A stretch of DNA of 24,378 nt from Candidatus Cloacimonadota bacterium (GTDB lineage Bacteria; Cloacimonadota; Cloacimonadia; Cloacimonadales; TCS61): the NCBI GenBank assembly GCA_021108315.1, contig JAIORE010000337.1:1-24378 (forward strand), read 5' to 3'. The notes under the pieces were generated by a model. It was not told the origin of the DNA, searched no databases, and saw only the letters and a list, made by a program, of their open reading frames with translations. Numbering within the stretch: position 1 is the first letter of the stretch; each line of letters begins with the position of its first letter. Position numbers and translations under genes: made by a program. This document shows, piece by piece, positions 7,000 to 16,658 of the stretch.

Positions 7000-9402
7000 T
7001 CATTTCTTATTTTTCACATATTTTTCAAACCATTCTATCATCTCAGTTAACACATGAAGTTGTGATTCTCTGGCATAGTATCCATGTTTTTCATAAGGAA
7101 GAAGCACAAGCTTTGCAGTTGCTCCGTTTCCTTTCAGAGCCTGATAAAATCTTTTGGATTGCATAGGATAAGTACCGGAGTTCGGATCATCTTTTCCATG
7201 TATCAATAAAAGGGGTTCATTAATCTTTTCCGCATGCATAAAGGGAGACGCTTTAAAGTAGAAATCTTTTGCTTTCCACAAAGTTCGTCGTTCACTTTGA
7301 AAACCAAATGGAGTAAGAGTTCTGTTGTATGCTCCGCTTTTCGCAATTCCAGCGGTACAGAGATCGCTATGAGCAAGAACATTCGCTACCATAAATGCTC
7401 CATAGCTATGTCCGGTAATACCTACTCGCTTTGAGTCAATTATCTCTTTTTCATCTAAATAATCTATAGCAGCTTTCACACTGGAAATTGTCTGATCAAT
7501 AAAAGTTTCATTTACTGTTTCAGGATCACCAACAATAGGAATCGAAGCATTTGTTAATACAGCAAAACCTTTCAGTACAAAATACTTTATAGTAGTCCCA
7601 GAAAAATATATAAAACGATTTGGAGTAGAAGTTATTTGACCTGCTGTAGAAGAATCTGTATATTCATCAGGATAAGCGTGTAGAATAAGTGGTAAACGTG
7701 TTCCTTTTTGATAATCATGAGGTAAATAAAGTGTTCCTGATAATGAAATACCATCATCCCTTTTGTAATTGATCAATTCTTTCCTAAAATTTGTAATTTC
7801 AGGATAAGGATTATTAAAATTGGTAATCTGCTCTCTTTTCTGATTATCAAGATTCAATAAAAAATAATTAGTTGGTGTTTTTTTATCTTCACTCGCAAAT
7901 AATATTTCACTATAATTTTTATTAGTAAAACCTCTTACCCTTTCATAATTATCTTTTTCTGAGCGGAATAAGATATCTTTTTCATTTGTTTTATAATTAT
8001 ATTTTGCAAGATAAGGAAAATTACCTTCGGGAGTTGAGCCATTGTTATTTATAAAAAAAATACAGTCATCTTGTTTAACATACAAGTTATTACCACTTTT
8101 AGATTTTTTCTTCACAATATTTCCGGAATCGTTGTATTCATCATTAATACTAATATCATTTATGATATTTCGTTCTTTAGAATTGATCCAATAAATCCAG
8201 CTTTTACTCCACAATTTATCACGGTCGTATTCGTGAAAAATCATCTCACCTTCCTCTTCTGACCAATCAATTCCTGAAAATCTGTTTTCAATTTTGATAA
8301 TTTCCTCTATTTCTGAAAATGGAAAAATACTTCTCACAATTTTATCTCGGTATGGAACATTTTCTTTCGGATCACCTTTATCAAGTGCTTCTACCCAAAC
8401 AAGAGTTGCTTTTTTAAGAGGTTGCCACTGTATATATCTCGCTCCTTGATATGTTCCTCCAATTGGAATTTGATCCTGTAATGGTCTTTCATAAAATGTT
8501 TTAATTTTTGTTCCGGTTTTATCTAATATTTCAAAAGATTTAGGAAAATAATAATAGGGAACTTGGTTAGAAAATGGTTCATTAATCTTAGTAACAAGGT
8601 AATACTTAGAATCAGGAGAAGAAGATATATCAGAATAGATTGCAGGATTTCCAAATTTTTTCGTTTTTGATGTCTTTGTATCTAAAAACAGAGGTTGAGA
8701 AGTGAAATAATATCTAAAAAGATCTTCATCATGTTTATCGGTAAGCAGGTTTTGATATGTTCGCAATTGACTGAACTTTGCTTCGGTTTCCTCAATAATC
8801 GGTGAATCCGGTATCAAAGGTTTTAATGGTTCATTTCCCCTATTTTGTGGAACACTATTTACTAAGATTGTTTTATTATCAATCAGCCATTGAAAACCAC
8901 CCTTACCAAAGGCATCATTAATCAAAAAAGAATTAAATTTGATTACTTTTGATGTACTAATTTCAACAACTAAAAGTTTTATTCCTTTTTCCGTATCATA
9001 GCTGATTGCAATTTTCTGATTATCAAAAGAAAGTTCATATTTTCTGATTTTTATTTTATCGGGAAGATCAACTTGGACAATTTTTTCAGTTTTTAGATTT
9101 CTGATTTTTAAAGATGTTTCAGGATAACTATTCAGACTTCCATTCAAGTTCTTAATAATCTCCTTTCCTGCTAATTTCACGGTTGGCTTTACCAATTGAG
9201 ATAATCTCATATTACGTTCATAAGTAAATTCCAAGGCAATAGAATCAAATGGAATTGAGCGAATAAAGGGAAACGGTGGGATATTATAAATGTCTAAAAT
9301 ATCTTCTTCTGGAATTTTGTAACCCTTTTGAGCATTTAAATTTGTACACATAAACCAAAGACCTCCTGTGATTAGTAATAAAATAATAATTGTTCTTTTC
9401 AT
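7000..9402 (-). CDS. Secreted S9-family serine peptidase (prolyl oligopeptidase/dipeptidyl-peptidase-like): N-terminal beta-propeller plus C-terminal alpha/beta hydrolase
   Basis: Catalytic triad context GITGHSYGAFM (Ser), IHGKDDPNSG (Asp) and EKHGYY (His). Signal peptide MKRTIIILLLITGGLWFMCTNLNAQ begins at ATG 9402. The 30-codon upstream extension in the track (to 9492) would bury the signal peptide and spans GC hairpins, so it is rejected. Confidence 0.8.
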   Translation of the reverse strand: MKRTIIILLLITGGLWFMCTNLNAQKGYKIPEEDILDIYNIPPFPFIRSIPFDSIALEFTYERNMRLSQLVKPTVKLAGKEIIKNLNGSLNSYPETSLKIRNLKTEKIVQVDLPDKIKIRKYELSFDNQKIAISYDTEKGIKLLVVEISTSKVIKFNSFLINDAFGKGGFQWLIDNKTILVNSVPQNRGNEPLKPLIPDSPIIEETEAKFSQLRTYQNLLTDKHDEDLFRYYFTSQPLFLDTKTSKTKKFGNPAIYSDISSSPDSKYYLVTKINEPFSNQVPYYYFPKSFEILDKTGTKIKTFYERPLQDQIPIGGTYQGARYIQWQPLKKATLVWVEALDKGDPKENVPYRDKIVRSIFPFSEIEEIIKIENRFSGIDWSEEEGEMIFHEYDRDKLWSKSWIYWINSKERNIINDISINDEYNDSGNIVKKKSKSGNNLYVKQDDCIFFINNNGSTPEGNFPYLAKYNYKTNEKDILFRSEKDNYERVRGFTNKNYSEILFASEDKKTPTNYFLLNLDNQKREQITNFNNPYPEITNFRKELINYKRDDGISLSGTLYLPHDYQKGTRLPLILHAYPDEYTDSSTAGQITSTPNRFIYFSGTTIKYFVLKGFAVLTNASIPIVGDPETVNETFIDQTISSVKAAIDYLDEKEIIDSKRVGITGHSYGAFMVANVLAHSDLCTAGIAKSGAYNRTLTPFGFQSERRTLWKAKDFYFKASPFMHAEKINEPLLLIHGKDDPNSGTYPMQSKRFYQALKGNGATAKLVLLPYEKHGYYARESQLHVLTEMIEWFEKYVKNKK

Positions 9403-9689
9403 TTGAAACCTGTAATTTATACTTCTTGTTTCTCCCGAAAGCATTCGGGACGTGGGAATACATTCTCTGACGCTCTGCGTCCATATTTTCATAGTGAGAC
9501 CGGTTAAGAAAAATAGTCTGAATTCTGATTTTTATGATTAAATGATAAGCTTTGATTTTTTTTTAAGCAATAAGAATGCTACTACCAAAATCAGGGTAAT
9601 CCGTAAATCAAATGAATCATAGTTCCGACAAATGAAAAATCCGTGCAATCCATCTAATCCGTGGTTAAGACAAATTCTTTTTTTAACAA

Positions 9690-9720
9690 AAAAAGCTGCA
9701 AAAATATTGCAGCTTTTTTC
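9690..9720. terminator. Hairpin with a T-run on both sides (probably bidirectional) ending the ribosomal-protein supercluster
   Basis: AGCTGCAA (9694-9701) pairs with TTGCAGCT (9707-9714). An A-run lies on the left and a T-run on the right, so both transcript directions end in a U-tract. Lies 20 bp downstream of the rplQ stop. Confidence 0.6.
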
Positions 9721-9738
9721 AAAAGAATTGTTATAAAA

Positions 9739-10140
9739 TCAAGATAAATCTTTAGCTTTTATATGCTCTTGTGAAGAAGATTTTACTCCTTCAACAATCT
9801 CAATTATGGACATTGGAGCACAATCTCCATGTCTGAAACCGTTTTTGAGAACTCTTGTATATCCACCATTGATATTTACGAATTTTGGAGCTATTTCATC
9901 AAAAACTTTTTTTACTAAGTCTTTATTATTTAGTATCTTGAATGCCAATCTACGATGATGTACTGTTCCCCTTTTACCGTATGTGATCACTCTTTCGGTC
10001 AAACTGCGAATCTCTTTTGCTTTTGCAATTGTTGTGCTAATTCTTCCATGATCAATAAGAGAAACAACCAGATTTTTCAACATCAAATCACGATGTCCTT
10101 TAGGTCTTCCAAATTTTCGTCCTTTTACTCTATGTCTCAT
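9739..10140 (-). CDS. rplQ: 50S ribosomal protein L17
   Basis: MRHRVKGRKFGRPKGHRDLMLKNL... Last gene of the alpha operon. Confidence 0.95.
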   Translation of the reverse strand: MRHRVKGRKFGRPKGHRDLMLKNLVVSLIDHGRISTTIAKAKEIRSLTERVITYGKRGTVHHRRLAFKILNNKDLVKKVFDEIAPKFVNINGGYTRVLKNGFRHGDCAPMSIIEIVEGVKSSSQEHIKAKDLS

Positions 10141-10149
10141 ATTATCACC

Positions 10150-11169
10150 TTACTTTGTTATTAATACTTTATTTCTTGCTTCTTCAATTTTTGAGTATAT
10201 TTCTTTAATATTCATTGCCAAATGCATATCATATTTTTCAAGTAACGCATTTATCTCTTCCAAAGATTTTTTACCGAAATTACGATATTTTAACATCTCA
10301 TTTTCAGATTTCCCTACCAGCTCGCCGATTGTTTCAATTTTTGCAGCTGAAAGACAATTACTACAACGAACAGAAAGTTCCAATTCATTTACATTTGTTC
10401 CCAAAAGTTTTTCCATACTTTCCAATTCTGGATCCATCTCAATTTCTTCGATATATTCAGGTTCATTTTCAAAAAGTACGATCGTATCATAAAGGTCACG
10501 AAGCAGTTTTGCAGATAAATATAATGAATCTTTAGGATCAATGCTACCATCTGTATTGACTTCAATTATTAATTTATCAAAATTTATTTTTTCTCCAACC
10601 CGTTGGTCTTCTACAAAGAAATTCACTTTTGTTATAGGAGAATAAATAGAATCAATTGGGATAACTCCGATACTTTTGTCTTCACTTTTTTCATGTTTTT
10701 CAGAGGGAACAAATCCTCTTCCGCTTCCAACCCAAAGCTCCATAGTAAAATCAATATCTTCTGTAATATCAAATAGATATAGATCTTTATTTACAACTTT
10801 GATATCAGCAGTTTCTACAATATCAGCAGCTGTTACCCTACCAATTCCTTTATGTTCCAAAGTTAATTTTACTTCGTTGATTGTATCGGATTTGAATATT
10901 ATTTTTTTTATTCGTAATATTACATCTATATAATCGGAATCTGTTCCTGGAATAGAAATGTATTCATGATGCAATCCTTCTATTTTCACAAACCGAACAG
11001 CTGCCCCTTGAATAGACGATAACAGTACACGGCGTAAAGTATTTCCAATAGTTGTTCCATAACCTGATTCTAAAGGACCAATCTCAAATTTACCAAATTT
11101 TTGTGTATAAGTTACTTCATCAATAATCTTTACTTTGTTGGGCAATTGTAAAGGTTCAATAAATTTCAT
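10150..11169 (-). CDS. rpoA: DNA-directed RNA polymerase alpha subunit
   Basis: N-terminal dimerisation domain and C-terminal domain (SVRCSNCLSAAKIETIGELV). AGGAG ribosome-binding site. Confidence 0.95.
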   Translation of the reverse strand: MKFIEPLQLPNKVKIIDEVTYTQKFGKFEIGPLESGYGTTIGNTLRRVLLSSIQGAAVRFVKIEGLHHEYISIPGTDSDYIDVILRIKKIIFKSDTINEVKLTLEHKGIGRVTAADIVETADIKVVNKDLYLFDITEDIDFTMELWVGSGRGFVPSEKHEKSEDKSIGVIPIDSIYSPITKVNFFVEDQRVGEKINFDKLIIEVNTDGSIDPKDSLYLSAKLLRDLYDTIVLFENEPEYIEEIEMDPELESMEKLLGTNVNELELSVRCSNCLSAAKIETIGELVGKSENEMLKYRNFGKKSLEEINALLEKYDMHLAMNIKEIYSKIEEARNKVLITK

Positions 11170-11179
11170 AGATCATCTC

Positions 11180-11794
11180 CTATTTTGAATAGTATTCAAC
11201 TATCAAACGTTCATCAATAATAATTGGAATCTGCTCTCTCGTAGGAATTTGTAATACTTTCCCAGTAAATTCATCTGAATTCACTTCTAACCATTCGTAT
11301 TGTGATCCTCTGTTTGCATCAATAGCTTCTTGTATTATTGATAATTTTTTACTTTTATCTTTTACAACAACTACATCATCAATATTTACGATAAATGAAG
11401 GAATATTTACTTTTCTGCCATTTACTATGAAGTGACCATGATTGATAAACTGTCTTGCTTGCATTCTAGTTCTAGCAAAACCCATACGATAAACTATATT
11501 ATCAAGTCTTCTTTCTAATAATTCTAAGAGGTTATCACCTGTTTTTCCTTGCATTTTATCAGCTTTTTGGAAATAATTTCTAAATTGTCTTTCCAGAACG
11601 CCATAAGTATATCTTAATTTCTGTTTTTCTGTGAGATGAATAGAATAATCTGATACTTTTCTTCGCATCGCTTGACCATGTTGCCCTGGTCGATAATTTC
11701 TTTTTTCAAGAATTTTATCATACTTAGGACTTCCCATGATATTCTCACCAAATCTTCTGCATATTTTTGCTTTAGGTCCTGTATATCTTGCCAT
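11180..11794 (-). CDS. rpsD: 30S ribosomal protein S4
   Basis: [16 protein letters not shown]... Position between rpsK and rpoA. Confidence 0.95.
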   Translation of the reverse strand: MARYTGPKAKICRRFGENIMGSPKYDKILEKRNYRPGQHGQAMRRKVSDYSIHLTEKQKLRYTYGVLERQFRNYFQKADKMQGKTGDNLLELLERRLDNIVYRMGFARTRMQARQFINHGHFIVNGRKVNIPSFIVNIDDVVVVKDKSKKLSIIQEAIDANRGSQYEWLEVNSDEFTGKVLQIPTREQIPIIIDERLIVEYYSK

Positions 11795-11803
11795 ATTAAT
11801 TCC

Positions 11804-12199
11804 TTATATTCTTCTTGTTTTTCTTGGACGACATCCATTGTGGGGAATGGGAGTAATATCCTTTATCATCGTTATTCTAAGACCATTTGCATCAAGTGAT
11901 CGAATTGCACCTTCTCTTCCGCTTCCGGGTCCTGTTACAATAACTTGTACTTTACTAATCCCCATTTCCAATGCTGCTTTTGCTATCTCTTCCGATGCTA
12001 ACTGAGCAGCAAACGGCGTACTTTTTTTACTACCTTTGTAACCTATTTTACCACCGCTAGACCAAGTAAGTATATTTCCGGATTTATCAGCAAGAGATAC
12101 GATAGTATTATTAATACTTGCATGAATATTTACGATTCCCTCATTAAACGAGAGTCTTATGCGTTTCTTTTTTGTTTTTCTTACAACTTTCTTTGCCAC
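11804..12199 (-). CDS. rpsK: 30S ribosomal protein S11 (GTG start)
   Basis: ...[16 protein letters not shown]...[11 protein letters not shown]... GTG at 12199..12197 preceded by a GGGAG ribosome-binding site. Confidence 0.93.
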   Translation of the reverse strand: MAKKVVRKTKKKRIRLSFNEGIVNIHASINNTIVSLADKSGNILTWSSGGKIGYKGSKKSTPFAAQLASEEIAKAALEMGISKVQVIVTGPGSGREGAIRSLDANGLRITMIKDITPIPHNGCRPRKTRRI

Positions 12200-12214
12200 T
12201 TTTACTCCCTTTTA

Positions 12215-12580
12215 TTATCTCTTCTTCATTGAAGAGCCACGTCTTCCGCGTCTTGTTTTGGCATTCGTATGAGTTCTTTGACCACGGCAAGGTAAACCTC
12301 TTTTGTGTCTATTGCCACGATAACTTCCGATTTCCATGAGTCTCTTGATATCCATTGCAACTTTCGTTCTTAGTTCACCTTCGACCATATAGTCATTTTG
12401 CACAAGTTCTCTTATCGCTTTTTCTTGTTCTGTATTAAGATCTTTCACGTATGTATTTTCATCTACTTTTAGTTTTTCAAGAATTTCTCTTGACTTTGAA
12501 TTTCCGATACCAAAAATATAAGTAAGACCAATAATTACTCTCTTATCTTTTGGTAAATCAACACCTGCAATATGAGCCAA
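12215..12580 (-). CDS. rpsM: 30S ribosomal protein S13 (TTG start)
   Basis: (M)[14 protein letters not shown]... TTG at 12580..12578 with GGAGG 5 nt upstream. The in-frame codon just upstream is TGA. Confidence 0.93.
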   Translation of the reverse strand: MAHIAGVDLPKDKRVIIGLTYIFGIGNSKSREILEKLKVDENTYVKDLNTEQEKAIRELVQNDYMVEGELRTKVAMDIKRLMEIGSYRGNRHKRGLPCRGQRTHTNAKTRRGRRGSSMKKR

Positions 12581-12598
12581 TCATACCTCCTTTTGGTT

Positions 12599-12715
12599 TT
12601 ATCCTTGTCTTTGTTTATGTTTTGGATTGGCAGAGCAAATCACTCTAACCACACCATGTCTTTTAATAATCTGACAATCTTTACACATTTTTTTTACTGA
12701 TGCGCGTACCTTCAT
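12599..12715 (-). CDS. rpmJ: 50S ribosomal protein L36 (38 aa, zinc ribbon), absent from the ORF track
   Basis: Hand-translated: [38 protein letters not shown]. Sits between infA and rpsM as in canonical clusters. Confidence 0.9.
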   Translation of the reverse strand: MKVRASVKKMCKDCQIIKRHGVVRVICSANPKHKQRQG

Positions 12716-12723
12716 TATTTCTC

Positions 12724-12942
12724 CTATTTATAGCGATAAACTATTCTGCCGCGAGTTAAGTCATAAGGAGATAATTCTACTTTTACTTTGTCTCCCGGAA
12801 GAATTCTAATATAGTGCATTCGCATTTTTCCTGAACTATGAGCCAATATTTCATGCCCATTTTCCAATTCTACTTTGAATTTTGTATTTGGTAATGCTTC
12901 TTTTACAATACCTTCAACTTCAATTACGCCTTCTTTTGCCAT
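12724..12942 (-). CDS. infA: Translation initiation factor IF-1
   Basis: [30 protein letters not shown]... The true start is probably ATG 12942..12940; the track's TTG at 12948 adds MI. Confidence 0.92.
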   Translation of the reverse strand: MAKEGVIEVEGIVKEALPNTKFKVELENGHEILAHSSGKMRMHYIRILPGDKVKVELSPYDLTRGRIVYRYK

Positions 12943-12959
12943 TATCAAATACCTTTATT

Positions 12960-13724
12960 TTATACTCTTAATTCACTTAATTTTTCGGGTTCACCATCTG
13001 TGATCAAGATTGTATGCTCATAATGTGCAGAAAGTGATTTGTCTTGCACAAAAAATTCCCAACCTTTTTCATAAACCCTGTTTGTTCCAATATTTACCAT
13101 AGGTTCAATCGCGAGAGTCATACCTTTTTTGAGTCTGGCACCTTTACCTTTTGTTCCTGAATTAGGAATCATCGGATCTTCATGCAATTCTCTTCCGATA
13201 CCATGACCTGTGAGATTATCTGCCACATAATATCCTTTGCTTTTTACAAATGAACCGATAGCATAAGAAATATCACCAACTCGGGATCCTGCAACTGCCT
13301 TCGAAATTCCAATCTCCAAAGCTTTTTTTGTAATATCCATTAAATCGGAAGCTTCTTTTGAAATTTTACCCACATTGTAAGTAAACGCTGCATCTCCATG
13401 ATAGCCGTTTTTTAAAGTTCCTACATCAATTCCTATGATATCACCTTCTTTAAGTATAGTTCTTTTAGAAGGAATACCATGAACGATACAAGAATTTACA
13501 GAACTACAGATAGCTCCGGGAAATGGAGAAAGTCCTGATACAGTATAACCCTTAAAAGACGGTGATGCTCCTTCTGAACGAATAAAATCTTCTGCAATTA
13601 CAGCCAGTTCCCAAGTTGAGATCCCCGGTTTAACATACTCACGTAATTTTTCAAAAAGAACAGCAATTATTCTATTACTTTCTCTCATTTTTTTAATTCC
13701 GTCAGCACTTTTTATATGAATCAT
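12960..13724 (-). CDS. map: Methionine aminopeptidase type I
   Basis: MetAP fold motifs (HGIPSKRTILKEGDIIGIDVG, metal-ligand His/Glu context). Directly follows secY. Confidence 0.92.
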   Translation of the reverse strand: MIHIKSADGIKKMRESNRIIAVLFEKLREYVKPGISTWELAVIAEDFIRSEGASPSFKGYTVSGLSPFPGAICSSVNSCIVHGIPSKRTILKEGDIIGIDVGTLKNGYHGDAAFTYNVGKISKEASDLMDITKKALEIGISKAVAGSRVGDISYAIGSFVKSKGYYVADNLTGHGIGRELHEDPMIPNSGTKGKGARLKKGMTLAIEPMVNIGTNRVYEKGWEFFVQDKSLSAHYEHTILITDGEPEKLSELRV

Positions 13725-13736
13725 AATAAACTTTGA

Positions 13737-15056
13737 TTATCCTCTTCTACCGCGAAGTTTTCCCTTTTTCATAAAGCCTTCATAATGTCGCATTACCAAG
13801 TGAGATTCTATTTGCTGAAGTGTATCTAAAGCCACACCAACAATAATGATAATACCGGTTCCACCAAAATAAAATGGGATATTTGTCCATACGCGCATAA
13901 AATCGGGTAAAACTGCTACAAGAGAAAAGAAAAATGCTCCTGGAAGAGTAATCCTGACCAAAACCGTGTTGATATAATCTGATGTCTTTTTACCAGGTTT
14001 TCTACCAGGAATGAAACCACCATATTTTTTCATATTTTCTGCCATTTCTACCGGATTTAAAACCATTGCTGTATAGAAATAAGCAAAAAAGATGATCAAT
14101 CCCATATATAGAATTGTATATACCGCATTACCTGGTGATAAAAAACGAACCACTGTATCCATTATTGGACTATCTTTGAAAAATGTAGCTATTGTTGTTG
14201 GAAACATAAGAATAGATTGAGCAAAAATAATCGGAATAACACCAGCCGTGTTTACTTTTAATGGAATATAAGTACTTTGTCCACCATATATTTTTCTACC
14301 GATAACACGTTTTGCATATTGAACAGGTATTTTCCGAACCCCTTCTGTTACCAAAACAACAAAATAGGTTACTGCAACCATCACGATAATAACTAAAAAA
14401 GCTATCGGAAGCCCCATTGCACCTGTTTTAACCATCTGGAACATCTGCAAGAAACCAGCAGGATAACGTGAAATAATACCTGCAAAAATAATCAGTGAAA
14501 TTCCATTACCAATTCCATGCTCAGTGATTTGCTCACCAAGCCACATAATAAACATAGTACCTGATATCATAGTAATCATTGTTGTGAAAATGAACAAAAA
14601 TCCTGGATTAGGAACAGCGAGACGTCCTCCAACTTCCAAACTTTGCAAGAATAAACTAATACCAATTGCATTAAAAGCTGCAACAACTACAGTACCATAA
14701 CGTGTATATTGATTGATTTTTTTTTGCCCTTCTGCACCCTCTTTTTTCAAGCGTTCAAAAAATGGTAAAACACCGCCCAAAAGCTGAATAACAATCGAAG
14801 TGGTAATATATGGCATAATCCCGAGAGCAAATACTGATGCTCTTTGGAGGTTTCCACCATTAAATAGATCCATTAGACCTAATAAATTACCACCACCGGA
14901 TGATGCTCGTTGCAAAAATTCTTTAAGAATATTTGAATCAATTCCCGGAACCGGAATAAAGCTTCCTAATCTGTAAATAATTAGAATGAAAGCTGTAATT
15001 ATGATTTTTTTCTTAAGATCTGGGATTTTGAAAATGTTACCAATGCTTTCTAACAC
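13737..15056 (-). CDS. secY: Preprotein translocase subunit SecY (GTG start)
   Basis: 10-TM protein with conserved SecY loops. GTG at 15056 with a GGAGGT ribosome-binding site. Starts 1 nt after the rplO stop. Confidence 0.95.
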   Translation of the reverse strand: MLESIGNIFKIPDLKKKIIITAFILIIYRLGSFIPVPGIDSNILKEFLQRASSGGGNLLGLMDLFNGGNLQRASVFALGIMPYITTSIVIQLLGGVLPFFERLKKEGAEGQKKINQYTRYGTVVVAAFNAIGISLFLQSLEVGGRLAVPNPGFLFIFTTMITMISGTMFIMWLGEQITEHGIGNGISLIIFAGIISRYPAGFLQMFQMVKTGAMGLPIAFLVIIVMVAVTYFVVLVTEGVRKIPVQYAKRVIGRKIYGGQSTYIPLKVNTAGVIPIIFAQSILMFPTTIATFFKDSPIMDTVVRFLSPGNAVYTILYMGLIIFFAYFYTAMVLNPVEMAENMKKYGGFIPGRKPGKKTSDYINTVLVRITLPGAFFFSLVAVLPDFMRVWTNIPFYFGGTGIIIIVGVALDTLQQIESHLVMRHYEGFMKKGKLRGRRG

Positions 15057-15057
15057 T

Positions 15058-15510
15058 TTACACTACCTCCGCAATTCCACCGCTTTTTTCGATAATTTTT
15101 TTTGCAGTTTTGGAGAATGCATTAGCTTTGATCACTAACTTTTTATCAAAATTCTCAGCTACACCTGCTAATATTTTTACAGGTGCTTTTTCTTTAGCAC
15201 GGGATTTGCGTATCAAATTTAATTCTTCTAATTTCAAAATATCAAATTCAACTTCATTAACTTCAACCAATTTATCAAGGTTTACTATCCTGAAATCTTT
15301 TCTGAAAATATTAGTAAATCCACGTTTTGGTACTCTTCTTTGCAGTGGCATCTGCCCACCTTCAAACCAAGCTGGAATATTTCCACCGGAACGAGATTTC
15401 TGACCATTCATTCCTCTTCCGCCTGTTTTACCAAATCCGGATCCTTGTCCTTTTCCAAGACGTTTTTTATGTTTCTTTATCTTTGGACGCTTCATATTAT
15501 GCAATTGCAT
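15058..15510 (-). CDS. rplO: 50S ribosomal protein L15
   Basis: MQLHNMKRPK...GKGQGSGFGKTGGRGMNGQKSRSGG... Confidence 0.94.
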   Translation of the reverse strand: MQLHNMKRPKIKKHKKRLGKGQGSGFGKTGGRGMNGQKSRSGGNIPAWFEGGQMPLQRRVPKRGFTNIFRKDFRIVNLDKLVEVNEVEFDILKLEELNLIRKSRAKEKAPVKILAGVAENFDKKLVIKANAFSKTAKKIIEKSGGIAEVV

Positions 15511-15531
15511 TTAAATCTCCTTGAATATGTC

Positions 15532-15714
15532 CTATTCTTCTATCTCTTCTACTTTGAGAAGATGAATCACTTTGTTTACCATTCCTCTGATAACGGCATT
15601 GTCATCATGGGTTTTTGTTTTGCCAATTCTCTTCAAGCCAAGTGCCAACATTGTTCTTTTTTGGTCTTCTTTCCGATGTATTGTGCTTCTTATTTGAGTT
15701 ATTTTAAGCTTCAT
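15532..15714 (-). CDS. rpmD: 50S ribosomal protein L30
   Basis: [33 protein letters not shown]... Start is ATG 15714 with a GAGGAG ribosome-binding site. The 18-codon extension in the track overlaps rpsE and is rejected. Overlaps the rpsE 3' end by 11 nt. Confidence 0.9.
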   Translation of the reverse strand: MKLKITQIRSTIHRKEDQKRTMLALGLKRIGKTKTHDDNAVIRGMVNKVIHLLKVEEIEE

Positions 15715-16258
15715 CTTGTTGCTCCTCAATTGGCTCTTGAATCGGTTCCTGACCAGTAAGTTCAGCAATTGTCTTGTTTCTTAATCTTGCTACTTGACTA
15801 ATTGTTCTCAATGCTTTAAGACCGTTTATAGTAGCTTTTACCACATTCGCTGGAGTATTTGAGCCTAAAGATTTTGTGAGAATGTTTTCAATTCCCGCAG
15901 CTTCTAATATTGCTCGAGCAGGTCCACCGGCGATTACGCCAGTACCGGGAGAAGCAGGTCTTAACATGATCTTACTTGCTCCAAAACGTCCAATAATTTC
16001 GTGTGGAATTGTTCCCTTCACGATCGGGACATTAAACATTGCTCTTCCGGCTTTTTCTTTGGCTTTTTTGATAGCATAAACTATCTCATTAGCTTTTCCG
16101 GTTCCTACTCCGATTCTACCTTGTTTATCTCCTACAACAGCAGTTGCATTGAAACTAAAGTTTCTACCGCCTTTTACAACTTTTGCAACTCTATTTGTAT
16201 CAATTAATTTTTCCACTGCAAATAGTGGCTCGTATTGAGGTTTATTTTTTTGTCTCAT
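15704..16258 (-). CDS. rpsE: 30S ribosomal protein S5
   Basis: ...[32 protein letters not shown]... Confidence 0.95.
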   Translation of the reverse strand: MRQKNKPQYEPLFAVEKLIDTNRVAKVVKGGRNFSFNATAVVGDKQGRIGVGTGKANEIVYAIKKAKEKAGRAMFNVPIVKGTIPHEIIGRFGASKIMLRPASPGTGVIAGGPARAILEAAGIENILTKSLGSNTPANVVKATINGLKALRTISQVARLRNKTIAELTGQEPIQEPIEEQQDEA

Positions 16259-16270
16259 TCCATACCTCCC

Positions 16271-16645
16271 TTAGAATTCCACACCGGCTTTACGAACGCC
16301 GTCTGCTAATGCTTTTACTCGACCATGATATAAGTATCCACCACGATCAAAAGTAATTTTTTTAATTCCCAATTTTATCGCTTGCTTACCAAGTATAAGA
16401 CCTACTTGAAAACTCTGTTCTTGTTTCTTTGTAATCCCATCAAGATTAAGATCTTTTGTTTTAGTTGAAGCAGCAGTTAATGTTTTACCAATATTATCAT
16501 CAATTATCTGACCATAGATATGTTTCAAACTTCTGAAAACAATTAATCTTGGAGCTTCCGCTGTTCCAAATATTTTTTTGCGAATCGCTTTTTTACGACG
16601 CTCTCTTGCCTGGTAACGATGTAATGTTTTTGTTAAATTCTTCAT
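16271..16645 (-). CDS. rplR: 50S ribosomal protein L18
   Basis: ...[18 protein letters not shown]...[18 protein letters not shown]... Confidence 0.94.
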   Translation of the reverse strand: MKNLTKTLHRYQARERRKKAIRKKIFGTAEAPRLIVFRSLKHIYGQIIDDNIGKTLTAASTKTKDLNLDGITKKQEQSFQVGLILGKQAIKLGIKKITFDRGGYLYHGRVKALADGVRKAGVEF

Positions 16646-16658
16646 AGTTTCCTCTTAC

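Noticed and set aside
7234-9484. Several 60-66 aa ORFs on both strands within the S9 peptidase gene (7234-7434, 8071-8262, 9284-9484)
   Set aside because: Short chance ORFs inside or antisense to a long CDS with clear catalytic motifs. The 9284-9484 frame also spans the peptidase signal-peptide region in a different frame.
9955-11169. Plus-strand ORFs (9955-10164, 10215-10535, 10676-10933) antisense to rplQ and rpoA
   Set aside because: Antisense to highly conserved genes. Cys/Ser/Phe-rich junk translations.
11614-12005. ORFs 11614-11838 (-), 11672-11899 (+) and 11736-12005 (+) around the rpsK/rpsD junction
   Set aside because: They overlap rpsD or rpsK in alternative frames. The real junction is an 9-bp spacer with a ribosome-binding site.
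15110-16207. Plus-strand ORFs antisense to rplO, rpmD and rpsE (15110-15403, 15327-15524, 15340-15759, 15876-16079, 16001-16207)
   Set aside because: Antisense chance ORFs in AT-rich DNA, with no ribosome-binding sites. The sense strand encodes conserved ribosomal proteins.
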